In this document: in pieces, positions 52,202-64,000 of the stretch
Layout of the letters: each line of letters begins with the position of its first letter
How positions within the stretch are numbered: the first letter of the stretch is position 1
From: Gordius albopunctatus
Taxonomy: Eukaryota
Reading direction: 5' to 3'
NCBI GenBank assembly: GCA_964276515.1
Contig: OZ193909.1
Coordinates: 18,042,001-18,106,000 of the forward strand
Length of the DNA stretch: 64,000 bases
Translations under genes and position numbers: made by a program
The notes under the pieces: model-generated
The model's input: only the letters and a program-made list of their open reading frames with translations
Database searches by the model: none
What the model was told of the DNA's origin: nothing

Positions 52202-55200
52202 ATGAATCTTCTACACTGTAAGTGCGTCAACTTCTGCGATAGAAAATCTAAAGGTAAGCTTACATTTGATCAATGCTATATTTCTCTAACTTGCTTTTAA
52301 AACGCTTTTTTTATATAAAAAAATGGGAATTTTTGGGAGTAATATTAGAATCTACATATTTAACTATAAGATAATTGAGAATATTAAATTAGGCTCATAA
52401 ATTATAATATCTGGTTATACATAACAAATATTAATCCCTTCACATTAATTTTTATTGTTTATTATATAAAAATTCAAAACTGATAACGTATTATTTTGCT
52501 ATTTTGAATGCATTTTTTGAATTCACTACATCAAAACCTCCCACCTTGATGACCTTTGTGGTCATTCAAATTTGCTGCAGATTTATTAACCCCTTATTCA
52601 AATGAAAATAAAAAATTGTTTCACCAGGTTCAATTTAAAAGCGGTTTTTCAAAAAAATTTTAAAAAATGTATAATTTTATTCTAAAACTTAGATCTCGTT
52701 TCATAGTACAAATTTGAATGGGACCCAAACCAACCCTGCCATTGTTTATTACCCCCCGTTATATTTTCAATTCGTTAAAAATTTAAATTTAGCCAAAAAT
52801 TTAAGGTTTATATTGTCCATGTAATAAATAGATGTTTTATAAATATACAATTATGAAGCCATTTATAATTTTTGAAGGCTTTAAAAGTGAGAGAAAAGTC
52901 CACGCGAAAAAAAAGATGTTTGACAATTACATTTTTGCCGGGCGGAATACGTAATTTTTGTTTTATCAGCATAACAGGTAATGTCATTAGGTCAAATAAA
53001 ATGTATAAATTTTAAACCTCACTTAACACATAAAACACTTCTCTCGCATCTCTTCCCTTCATTTTTACTCTTGTGTCATTGCAGACACAAAGGCACCTGT
53101 TAAAGCATGTAGACGCCTGACAATTTCCTCAAATTAACTAACAATTTAAGTTCAAAATATAACGAATAGTTATTAAACAATTTCTAACAATTTAAGCGTT
53201 TTAAAGCTTTTATTGTAAGAATAAGATTAAAACAAAATTTTTGTTGTTATTGGGATTACAAGGGGGGGGGGCAATAATGATTTAGGGACGGGCGGAATGA
53301 ATATTTTTTAAAGTTTTATCCATAATTTTAATAAATTTTTTATATCAGAGGGGGGCAGCCGCCCCTCCCTACCCCTCTTGGCTACGCAGATATATAATTA
53401 TGATTATTGGTAATTTTATGGATAGTTTTTAGGTGATAAAAGAATTTTATTAAAAAAACATATATATATATATATATAAGGATTGTACATTACATTTTTT
53501 GCAAATTGCTAAAAATAGAAAGCTACCCTAGAATGCTCATCATTTGCATCAAACCTGTAACGAAAACTTTCATCGCAAAATGTCACTATTATAAGCAATT
53601 TGTCGTGGATTCTACAGAATATTGACCTTTCAACTAATGCTAGAAATCGTGATTTTTTTTTATTATTAAGCATAACCAGTTGAGAGATGCTTACACAAAT
53701 ATCACTGCGTACTACCTGTTCCTTTTGCCTTTGAAAATTACCTTCGTGCTTAACTTATCATCCATTGTGTCAATCGTCATTTGTCAACCCATCTCACCGC
53801 CCGGACAGCTAAGATAAATATTACCACAGGTTGTAAGGTGAACCCTTTGGTATTGTATGACAAAAGAACTCCCCCAAATGTTTCATTTCTGGTTGTTATT
53901 TTTTTCTTCATTTCCCTTCTAAACTACTTCTCCAAATAACAACTTGAGCCAATTATGGATTTAACGTCCTAGTGTTAAAACGCCAAATGTCTAGCATTTT
54001 AAAGTGGTTTACTACTCTTGTTTTTGATTTAAGAATATACAAAGGATGTAAGGTATTGCCGTATGTAGTCAGCATTGGGATTGGGGGGGGTGGCAATAAT
54101 GAACATTTTTTCCAAATTTTAGCCATGATTTGAATAAATTTCAACAAATTTTTGAATTTAGAGGGGGGCAGTCGCCCCTCGCTGCCCTCCCACTCCTTAG
54201 CTGCGCCCATGATGTGAGGTGTTTTTTGAGACAAATCATTTACTTATAAATTAAAATTCTGTGTTAAAATATATATTAGTATGGACGTAGCCAGGATTGG
54301 GAACTTGAAGGGGGCACTAATGCTTTGGGGGGTTGCAAAATCATAATTTTTAAAAATTTAAGCAACAAGTATATTAAATATTTAGAAATTTCTGAATCTA
54401 GGGGGGGGGGAGCCTCCCCTCCCTGCCTGCCGCCCCCTGGCTATGCCATGTATATGATGAGTTAACAATTGGTAATAAGGTATACTATTTTAAATTTACA
54501 GGTCAAATTAATAAATCTCTAAAAACGTTGCTTCACATTCTAAAAACCTTACACGAAAAAATGTCTTTTTTGTAAAAAATAGAAAAAAATTATGTTTAAC
54601 CTAAAAAGAGTAAATTGTATGTGTAGGGTATTGGAAAGCCAAAGTCAAAAAGTTGTATATATTTTCACTACTCAAACACAGTGTTCTCTGACCTCTTTAT
54701 CTTTAATCCCGTTAATTTTATACATTGATTTAGAGCAGATCCCTTCCTTGCCAATTTTGTTCACTTTTTCAGTTTGCCGCATTGCTTATAAAAGCCAGCG
54801 ACAGCGAGCGCTTAGCAGTTTTCTAAAATCGCGTATAACCCAATTCCTGCCTATCAAGCTTATGTCTGTCTGGATTAAAGGGGCTTTTAAGCAAAATAAG
54901 AGGTTTTCCCATAAAAATATCTCATTCATTTCACGAAGCCTTATTTTATTAGCATGAAAATATGAATTATATAACTGAATATAAGTTTTGAAAGCTTATA
55001 AAAGTTATCATTAATTAAAACCCTTAAATTTTACAAATTCATGATCGAGAAAGAGTTTTATGAATAACTTTAAAACTAATATTTTAATGACATCAGATGG
55101 GATGTCCCCCTCTGCCAGATTTAATTTAGATTTTTGGCTGGGCCCGGGCAGACCTCATAAAAAAATTCGGGCAATTTGGGTTCGATGATATTTTTAAAAA

Positions 55201-58200
55201 ATGTATTATTTTGTTGTCTTTTTTATTTGATTATACTATATTTGTTAATCCTATTCTTCTTCAGAAAAAGTGGAAATTAAAATAATTTTTTTTTACAAAA
55301 TATAACGAAAATAACTTCTTGAATTTTGGAAAAACATCATTTCATGGCGCGCAGTTTAGGCGTCTTTAATATATTTAGGCTTGACCGAGCGGACATTTAA
55401 AAGAGTTCGGGCTGTCAGCTTAGTTATTAAACCAGGCCGAGTTCGGGCAGAAAACTTTAAAAAATCTGATTTCTATTAAGTTATATTCTTAATTTTCATT
55501 TTTATCAACTTATTTTCTTCACACTGGAAGATTTTTAACCTTAAATACTAAATGCAAAAATTCAAGGCCCGTTAAGCTAAGCTAATGCATTTCAAACTAT
55601 ATAATTTTAGGATTTTGTAGATATATTAACGAATCAGTTGGTGCCTGAACTTAGATCGCACATTTAAATTAAAATCAACTCAAATAGCATCAAATAACCT
55701 AAGCGGACAACTAGCCGTCGATTATATATTTAAACCCAACTGTTAATGGTAATTTAAAAAATATCATTGAAAACCCCCCTCTGTTCAATTGCCAAATTTT
55801 TCATGTTTCTTTTAACTATTTGTAATATTATTAAAAAAGAATTATTGATTACTTTAAAGCACCTTTATATAAAATGTGTATGAACTAAGTTGCGACAGTT
55901 TAAGGACCTAAAATCGGGAGATTTACCATTTAAAATACCAGCTACTTTCTTCATATTTCAGAAGAAATCAATGAGAAATCTTTAGAAAACTCTGATCTTT
56001 GCGCAAGAACTTGATTTATACAATACTCTATATGCCCTACACCCGTGGCCGTGTGTGTACCAAACCAAGCCAAGTTTTCAGCATTATTCACGTGGGGAAT
56101 GTAATAAAAAAGGATATTATAAGTTGAGTGAGTGTTGAGTGTTGGAGAGGCCGGCAAAGGTCGTAAAAGATTGGCGCTCTTTATAATTTTATGACCGCAA
56201 ACATTGTTTCTTCGACATTTCACGGTTGGTATTTACTTTCTCAGCAGCACTCTTTAAGCCTATCCCGAAATAATATTGACTCCTTACGGCAGCACTACGT
56301 AGTTTATTTCCTCCATCCAAAGATTTTTGCAATTATTGTTGAAAAAAGTAAATTATTTGGTGGATAAAACAATGTTGCTGATAAGTTAGTGGGCTATTTG
56401 ATAAATTTTATATATTTAAACAGGAAATACCTAACTAGAATGTAAAGCTTAGGTTATTGCAATAAAAAATTTAATCTTAAGCATGAAATTGTAGACATTA
56501 ATTTGAAAATCAGTGAAATCATATTGTATTGAAGAAATTATTGAAAACTCGGCTCATAGGCATGGGCGTACCCAGGGGGGGGGGGGGGCGAGAGAGGCGC
56601 CTACACCCCACTCAAAACTCAAAAAAATGTTGAAATTTATTAAAATTATGGCTAAAATTTCCAAAAATGACCATTTTGCCCCTCCCTAAATCATTATTGC
56701 CCCCCCCCCTTTAATCCCAATGCTGGTTACGCTAATGATAATGTATTTAGCAAGAAATACTTAAATATAAGTTAGTTTAAGGGGTAAATTGCGATTAAAG
56801 TTTTTTTAATTTCTATAAAAACATTACGATTTTAAAATTGTAAAAATCACTTTGATAATACATAAAATATAGCTTGAAATTGCTCGTAACTCGGTCGATT
56901 TTTGAGATTTGTAGATAATTATTTTTGTGTTTAAATTCCGCATCTCAATATAATGTCTGTAACTTGTCTATCAATGGGAATCTGTGAATTAAAAGTGAAA
57001 TATGTTTCTTTCCTAACATATCTCTAAGTCGAATTAAGGCCACAACTGTGATTTCATTAGGGCGAAACCCCCCCCATTACCTTTTGCATTAGGCAGTACA
57101 TTTCTGGTGACCTCATTTGTTTTGATATTTTTTAGGGTTTAGGAAAAGAAATAAAAATATTACTAGTAATACTATAAAGATCAAAACAAACTTGAAAGCC
57201 TGTGCATTTTTGTTTGAAAATGCATTGCTATTTTCAAAAATTTTAACGCGTCCTCGCTAAAATAGCAATCATGCGTTAAATTACCCATACAAGTGCAGGG
57301 TCGATTGACGGCAAAAAACTATTTTATAGAGGATTTTGTCTGTAAGAATTTTCTGGGACAATGGGATCGTCTTGTTAAAAACCAAATCAATGCAGATTTC
57401 TCATATCTCGGGCACCTTTTTTTATTCATTTTTACTTTATAAAGTTTAATGTTTTTTTTATTTTGCTTGCACAATATTTTTATGATCTGATCAATGAAAG
57501 GCCGTGATTTTATAAAGGGAAGCATGTTTTAAATGGAAAAATCTTTGATTTCTAACGTCTTTCGCACATGTTAATAAAAGCACATAAATGTTTAAGATAT
57601 GAAAGAGGTTCACCCTGGCCCCTATAGCTATTATGTGTTGTAGAATTCCTAGGAAATTGTGTCACTCTTCACAAAAGTTATTAATAAAATAGGTTATTGT
57701 AGTGGAATGCCAATTCAATTATTGACTAGTCCCGTGGAAATAACATAGACCAGACTGCTAAGATACAGAAATAAACCTTATAAATGGATTAAACGTTTAA
57801 AAAAGCTACAATATTATAAATGGGCGGAGCCAGGTTTGGAATTAGAGCGGGCAATAATGATTTAGGACGGGGCAAAATAATCATATTTTTGAGATATTCC
57901 CGTAATTTTATTAAATTTTAAAGGATTTCTGGATTTAGAGGGGCAGCCGCCCCCCCCCCCCCGCCAGCCTCTGGCTACGTCCATGATACTATGGGTTTAT
58001 AGCGAGGGGGGGCAAGATTATTTAGAGAGGGACAAATGATGGGGGGGGGGTGGCTAGAGCCCTGCAAATGAAATTTCTTCGGTCCGAGCTCAAAATACTT
58101 TTTTACTCTTGGCCCGACCCGAGGCCAAGCCGATTTTTGTGATAAAAGTTTTTAAAATTATTTAACCTTATAAATTTTAAGATTATTAAATCGCTATTAC

Positions 58201-61200
58201 TATCTTAATTTACAACTTGGATAAGTTTGAAATAAAAATCCATTTTCACTTCTTACATTTTATTAAGCTAATAATTCAAAACGAAAAATCTAACTTTGTA
58301 AAATATATATTTTAACAGCTCCATATAAAAAACTTTTTTGAAATGTTTTTCTATTTTATTTCTAAACCGACCCGATCGGGTTTCGCACCAGGCTCGGGCA
58401 GAATGTAATAAACTAATCGGGCTTCGGGCGGTCCGTGCAGGGCTCTAGGGGTGGCAAACCTGTCCCGCGTTAATCCCATACTTGCAAACCAATGTTTCTC
58501 TTAATTCACAATCAAATTACATAGACTCGTCAATTAGAATTTAATGATTTTGTAGCCTATTTCAAATTTAAGTTTATAATAAATGATTTTTAAATCAATA
58601 TTTTTTAGCAACTATTTTAATTTTTGCCTATTTTACCTCAATAGATACCTATTTTTAAGTTGAAGCATACCATTTAACATTTTGTAGCATTTTCCTATTA
58701 TGTATTTCTACGATTTTTGATGGAGTGTAAGTAAGGGTCATGGACGTAGCTTGGGATTAGAGGGGGGGGGGCAATAATGATTTCGGGAAGTGTAAAATGA
58801 TCATTTTTTGGAAATTTTAGCCATAATTTTAATAAATTTCAACAAATTTTTGGATTTATTGGGTGGCAGCCACCCCTTCCTGTCCCGCCCCCTCCCCCTT
58901 CTTTAAATACCAAAATTCGTAATTATGGTTAAAATTTTAAAAAAGAGCCCTTTTGCCCCTCCCAAAATCATGGCCCTTCCCATCTACAACATACCCTACC
59001 TACAACATTGTGACCGCATGTTTATGCACGAGCCTAACCTTAGATTTGAATCAAAGGCGGGCTAAAATTATAATAATATGGTGGAGCAAATATTAATTAT
59101 ATTCTTTAAGCTTTTTGATTTTATAAAATAAAAGCTGATATTTGTATTTGGTTATTTGATGCCAATTTTGACATTCTTTTAAAACAGATTTCCCTGATGC
59201 TGCGGATAAAGGGTCATCTACATACATACAATACAAATATCCAACGTTATCCTCTAATGGCTGCAATAGTTTACTAAAACCCGAACCCTATGCCTGGAGG
59301 AACGGAGCCAGGAAAAATCATAATGGCATAAGCCGCGAGGATCAATCCCCTCAACGCAATGGAACTAGGGAGTTGCATGGAATTAGGAAAAAAAGGACTA
59401 CAGATCTTAAACGAGTTAAAAAAGGTATGTTTGGCTTGAAAAAATAAAAGTCTGATTTAAAAGGCTCATTATTAAAAAGGGATTTAAATAATTATTTCTT
59501 ACCGTGTGACCATAAATGATGAATAATGAATGAATAAATAAAAAAACAAATATATTGTTTGTTAATTAAAACTGTTATGACCTTAAGATTGGGGTAACCA
59601 CTTTTTAAAAATTAATGTTATTTATCATGATTAGTGTTGTGAAAACGGGTGGATGGGCCCTAGAGGTGGCCAAAATTATCACGTTAATAAATTGTGCAAT
59701 TATCACACTAATAAATGATTTCAAACCACAACTATAAAATTACACCGAAGTGGTTTAAATCGAAAAGACTATTGATAAATTTGATTAATTTCCATTATTT
59801 TTTATTTTTTTAAAATTAAATTATAATTTTACAGGTCGTGTATATTTTGGACGTGCAATAGTCGAACTAACCAAATACGACGATACCGGCAATTTCGGTA
59901 TTACGATCTCAGGTATTGTAGTAATACGTAGACAAATTGAAAAAACTTTAAATTACCCTAACTTTTAGATGCTATTAAAAAACGAATTGAAGCAATTAAT
60001 CGTTAATTGGCCCGAATTTTATTGAGCTTTTGACCCCTGACCGTGTTTGAACAACCGAGCCCCTTAGACATTTAGGCACCACCATCATAATATATATACT
60101 AATAAAACGTGATTTTTGGCTCGAGTTCCAAGTTTCCGGGTTGAGTAGCTCCTCCCAATATTAATTTTTGAAAATGTTTGGGAATTTTTGAAGTTAAAAT
60201 TATATTATATCACCACCAAGGAGACCTAACAACAGTTTTGATTTACCTCATCGGCAAAGACGTGGACGTAAGCAACGGAATCCGAGGGGGGGGGGGCATT
60301 AATGATTTAGTCAGGAGAAAATAATTGTTCTTTAATTTTAGCCTTAATTTGATAAATTTCTAAGATCTTTCGGATTTATAGGTGGGTGGGAGCCGCCCCT
60401 CCCTCCCACCCCCTCGCTACGCCCATTGAAAAAGATTTAATAAAATAAGCCTTTTAAAAGCAATTATTTTCAATGATTAAGAGTTTTGACAAGCTAAATC
60501 GGCAAAAATTTTAAAAATATCATGTCGTACACTCCTATTATCAAGGACTTAAATTAAATTGGATTTAAAGTTTCATTTGATATGTACCAGGATGAAAACT
60601 TAATTGGTTAAGGCCATTAAAATGTTGCTGATTTATTGTTAAAATTTAGAATTTTTCACTTTACTTATATTTATGAATGTAGCCACTAATAAAAAAAAAA
60701 AAAAGATTCGTATCATTTCCATCAAACCAGGATCACCAGCACACAGGTTATTCCACGTTCCCTAATTAAAATCAATCAGTTTGAATATTAAAGCAAATAT
60801 ATAAGATAATAATTATGAAGCTAATTTATGATTTCTTTTCAATATAATTTTATTAGAAAAAATTATTAATTTTGTTCTTATAAATACAAAAATTGTTTTC
60901 GAATAACTGGTTTGTTTAAAGGGCCAAAGCTTTTCTTTTAATTTCATCCAAAAATTAATAACTTCTTAAAAATATTATCAATTTTTCTTTTATTAGTAAT
61001 GTTTAATAAAAATATAATATAAATTTGGGGAAAAAATAATTAAGGAGTGACGTATTGGACGTAGGAGATTGTGTGATTAGCGTTAATGGTCATAAAATAG
61101 CGAAACCGAAACCTGCTTACGTAGCTGATTTACTTAAACATTCAGGGAACACGGTTCAATTAGAAATCGAATACCGTTTACCCGATTTATATAGTAATAA

Positions 61201-63957
61201 AATATTTTATATTTTATTTATTATTTGTGGATATTAATTAAATGGAAATTTGTAGTTTAAAATTCTTAAAAATAAACATGGTCGTTATTAGTTTATGCTA
61301 AAAGAGGCATCTGTCCCCCTAACTCTAGAGAATCTTACATATTCCAAAATTATGTTGAAATACAATCCTTATGTCCCTAACTTGAATCCTTGCTATTTAT
61401 TTACACTTCTTCTTTTATGACGTACATACAATTGTTATAAAATATTATCACAAAGCTTTTGCATCATTTGTATTTTTCTGACAAAATATATTTTATCAGG
61501 CAAGACATAAATAAACTATATTTTAAAATATATTTTGTCAGAAAAATACAAATGATGCAAAAGCTTTGTGATGATATTTTATAACAATTGTACGTCATAA
61601 AAGAAAAAGAATTAATTAGGAAAAACATAAATTAATTCTTTTACAAATTAGTAAAATTAATTTTATTTTGACAAATTATACAGGTAAACAGCAATTTCTG
61701 ACGCGCGGAACTTTTTTCGTTAAAAATGTGAATGTCAAATTGAAGAGAGATGACAATTCTAGTTTTGGTTTTAACGTTAGAGGTGGACTTCAACCCGACC
61801 GTCCATTACCTTGGCCACTTATTATCACCAAAGTTAGGAATGGGGGGCCTGCCGATAGGTAAATATGGGGTCTATATGACCCCAAAACTTACATAATTTC
61901 TAAATAAAAGTGTAATTTACCCAAAATTTAGAGTTATTGAACTAAACTATGAAAACTAGTTTTTTAAAGAACATTTTGTTTTTTTAATAAATAAGGAAAC
62001 TATGATATGTGTTAGATTTTTTGGTAAAAATGCGCTGAAATATTTGCAATTTTTTACGTAATTTATGTAGGGAAGGTTGCATTAAACCGGGTGATAGACT
62101 TATTCTCATTGATAATATCAATATAACCAACGCTACACTTACCGAAACCCTGAGTCTCATAAATCATTGCGCCGAAGAGGCCATCTTTACTATTGAATAT
62201 GATACCATTTATTATGGTAAGATTAACATAAAATCACCTAGATTTTTATACTATAATATTAAATATTTATAATTTATTTTTAATATTATTTGCTATTTTT
62301 GTAATATGTTACGTTTAGAAGCTTTAAAAATAGGCATATTATTAATGTTAGATAAAGTTTTTACACTTTGATTCAATAGACATTTATTTACAATTGTGAT
62401 GATAAATATATTTTATAGAAAACAAAAGTTGAAATTTTATACTGAAACTTGACAGATAAGCTTCAGAATTCTAAGCCGTTCCTGTTGGAGATTGAGAAAC
62501 CTGCTGGTCTTTCATTGGGAATTTCAATGTTCGTTCACAGGCACGGATCTAAATCTTATATCTGTATTAGCGGAATCAAACCTGCTAGTATAGCCGATAG
62601 GTATTATTCCAATCTTAAATTAAACATTTTAAAAACAAATATATTTTATTCCACAATTTTTATACACAATTTAGAAATAGCAGTAAAATATTTTTATCAT
62701 GGCGCGTTACAGCTTTATGATTGATTTGATTTTTCTATACTTTAACATAGGCACTTAATGAAGTTAAATAATTAGTTAATGTTTTTAGAATTTATCATAA
62801 AATCCCTAGATCATTTGCGAATTTAGCCTAAAAGGTTGCGAATTAATGTATTACTGACCCATTTCCCAATTAATCACCTATATATGTCAAAGTTAATTTC
62901 GTGATATTTTAAGTTTATAATGTATTATGGACTAAAGGTTACTAAAATTCTTAATCATAATTTAATGTTTTAATTTATGAGTTAATATTGCAACAAAAAG
63001 TAGAATTCGATTAAGATATTTCAGGCATATAATTTTATATTTTCTCACTTGTTTGTTTCTATCAAAGGTGTGGGGCCCTGAAAGCGAATGATGCCATTTT
63101 AGCGATTGACGATATGAGTACCAATAGTATGACAGTGCCAGAAGCTAGTCGACTCCTGAAATACAATGCGGGAAAAGAAGATAACGTTATAAGGTTGGAA
63201 ATTTTGAAAAATTTCTCCACTTTTTGCAATTCCGATCTTCACATATGGTCTAATGCGGCCAGTGGAAATAGTTCCAAAGAGGATGATCATCCCTACAATA
63301 ATGACAGAGGGGCTATGATAATTGAAAAATGTAAGTAAACTTGCTAACATAAATCCTAGTTATTAAAAATTATGATAATTTTTATTTTTTCGATATTTGC
63401 AATAAATTCTAAATTAAACATATAAAAAGTGTAAGGTAGCCTTATAACTGCTAAGATCAAAGTTAAAATTAAAATTTACTAGGTTTTAGCTACCGAAATA
63501 AATGAATTTATAGCAAAAATATAAATAAATATAATATATAAATTTTGCTATATAATGATTTTTTATGAAAGTAACCATATTTTGCTAATGAGAAATTTTA
63601 AGCGAATACACCTTTTTATATAAGTTCAATCAAAGTTGCCATTATTTATCTGAAACCTTTGAAATTATATTTCTTGTTTTCTATAAACATTTATAAAAAT
63701 TATATGAATATATAAGATAAGAGCTATTTTTTGGGAGATGTCTTAAAATATATTGCATAATGCGAAGCAATTAAAATTACGAATCATGGCTCAAAAAAAA
63801 AAAATATATATTATAACTAATTTGTAATTTTTTTCCTATTTAGCTTCTTCATTGGGCTCTGAAAAAACTGAGAGCAGTCTAGGAAGCCTGCCTTGTTTTA
63901 AATATTCATCCAAGGTCCCTCCCATGATTCGAAATCATAAAAAACGTATGGGCAATG
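52202..63957 (+). CDS. GRIP1: Glutamate receptor-interacting protein (GRIP1/2-like multi-PDZ scaffold), 3' part beyond the window
   Basis: Exons: 52202-52253 (putative first), 59188-59424, 59835-59912, 60683-60746, 61045-61193, 61684-61858, 62071-62216, 62456-62600, 63068-63330, 63844-~63957. PDZ1-3 with GRIP-typical strings RSDVLDVGD..VNG..LEIEYRLP, SFGFNVRGG..GGPADREGCIKPGDRL..IEYD, IKPASIADRCGAL. The GRIP1 vs GRIP2 distinction is not meaningful for an invertebrate. Confidence 0.88.
58055..58447. mobile_element. Non-autonomous hAT element (393 bp), same family as 40338-41038
   Basis: TIRs TAGAGCCCTGCA / TGCAGGGCTCTA; 8-bp TSD GGGGTGGC. Confidence 0.9.
61410..61605. repeat. Long near-perfect inverted repeat (~82-86 bp arms, 28-nt loop) in a GRIP intron
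   Basis: 61410-61495 is the reverse complement of 61524-61605 apart from a 4-nt indel and about two mismatches. Confidence 0.93.
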
Positions 63958-64000
63958 GTAAAACTTGCGATTCTGAAAGTAAATTTATTCCCCAAAATTT

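Noticed and set aside
41390..57525. Assorted 60-121 aa ORFs between METTL13 and the GRIP coding exons
   Set aside because: No recognisable motifs, low-complexity AT-driven composition, and several overlap MITE copies.

Overview
AT-rich animal (invertebrate-type) genomic DNA, not prokaryotic; the taxon cannot be fixed from sequence alone. Four spliced host genes were reconstructed by hand from GT-AG boundaries and translation: RacGAP1/CYK-4 (+, 5' end outside the window, ends 6354), PYM1 (-, 8464-9810), METTL13/eEF1A-KNMT (+, 27464-37537) and a GRIP-family multi-PDZ gene (+, 52202 to past the window end). Several introns are only 33-42 nt. The ~17 kb between the PYM1 and METTL13 5' ends is a dense cluster of mobile DNA: a decayed CRE-like non-LTR retrotransposon, nested Helitron-like elements carrying a spliced, internally deleted FLYWCH-MULE transposase, a DINE-1/HINE-like element with a higher-order hairpin tandem array, a foldback-like element and hAT MITEs. 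The most notable item there is an intronless ~346-codon open frame (20710-21750, -) that resembles a rhabdovirus nucleocapsid (N) protein, i.e. a candidate endogenous RNA-virus element, with a host MITE inserted in its 5' part. An orphan serpin-like fragment lies in a METTL13 intron. All homology calls come from recognised motifs; no search was run.
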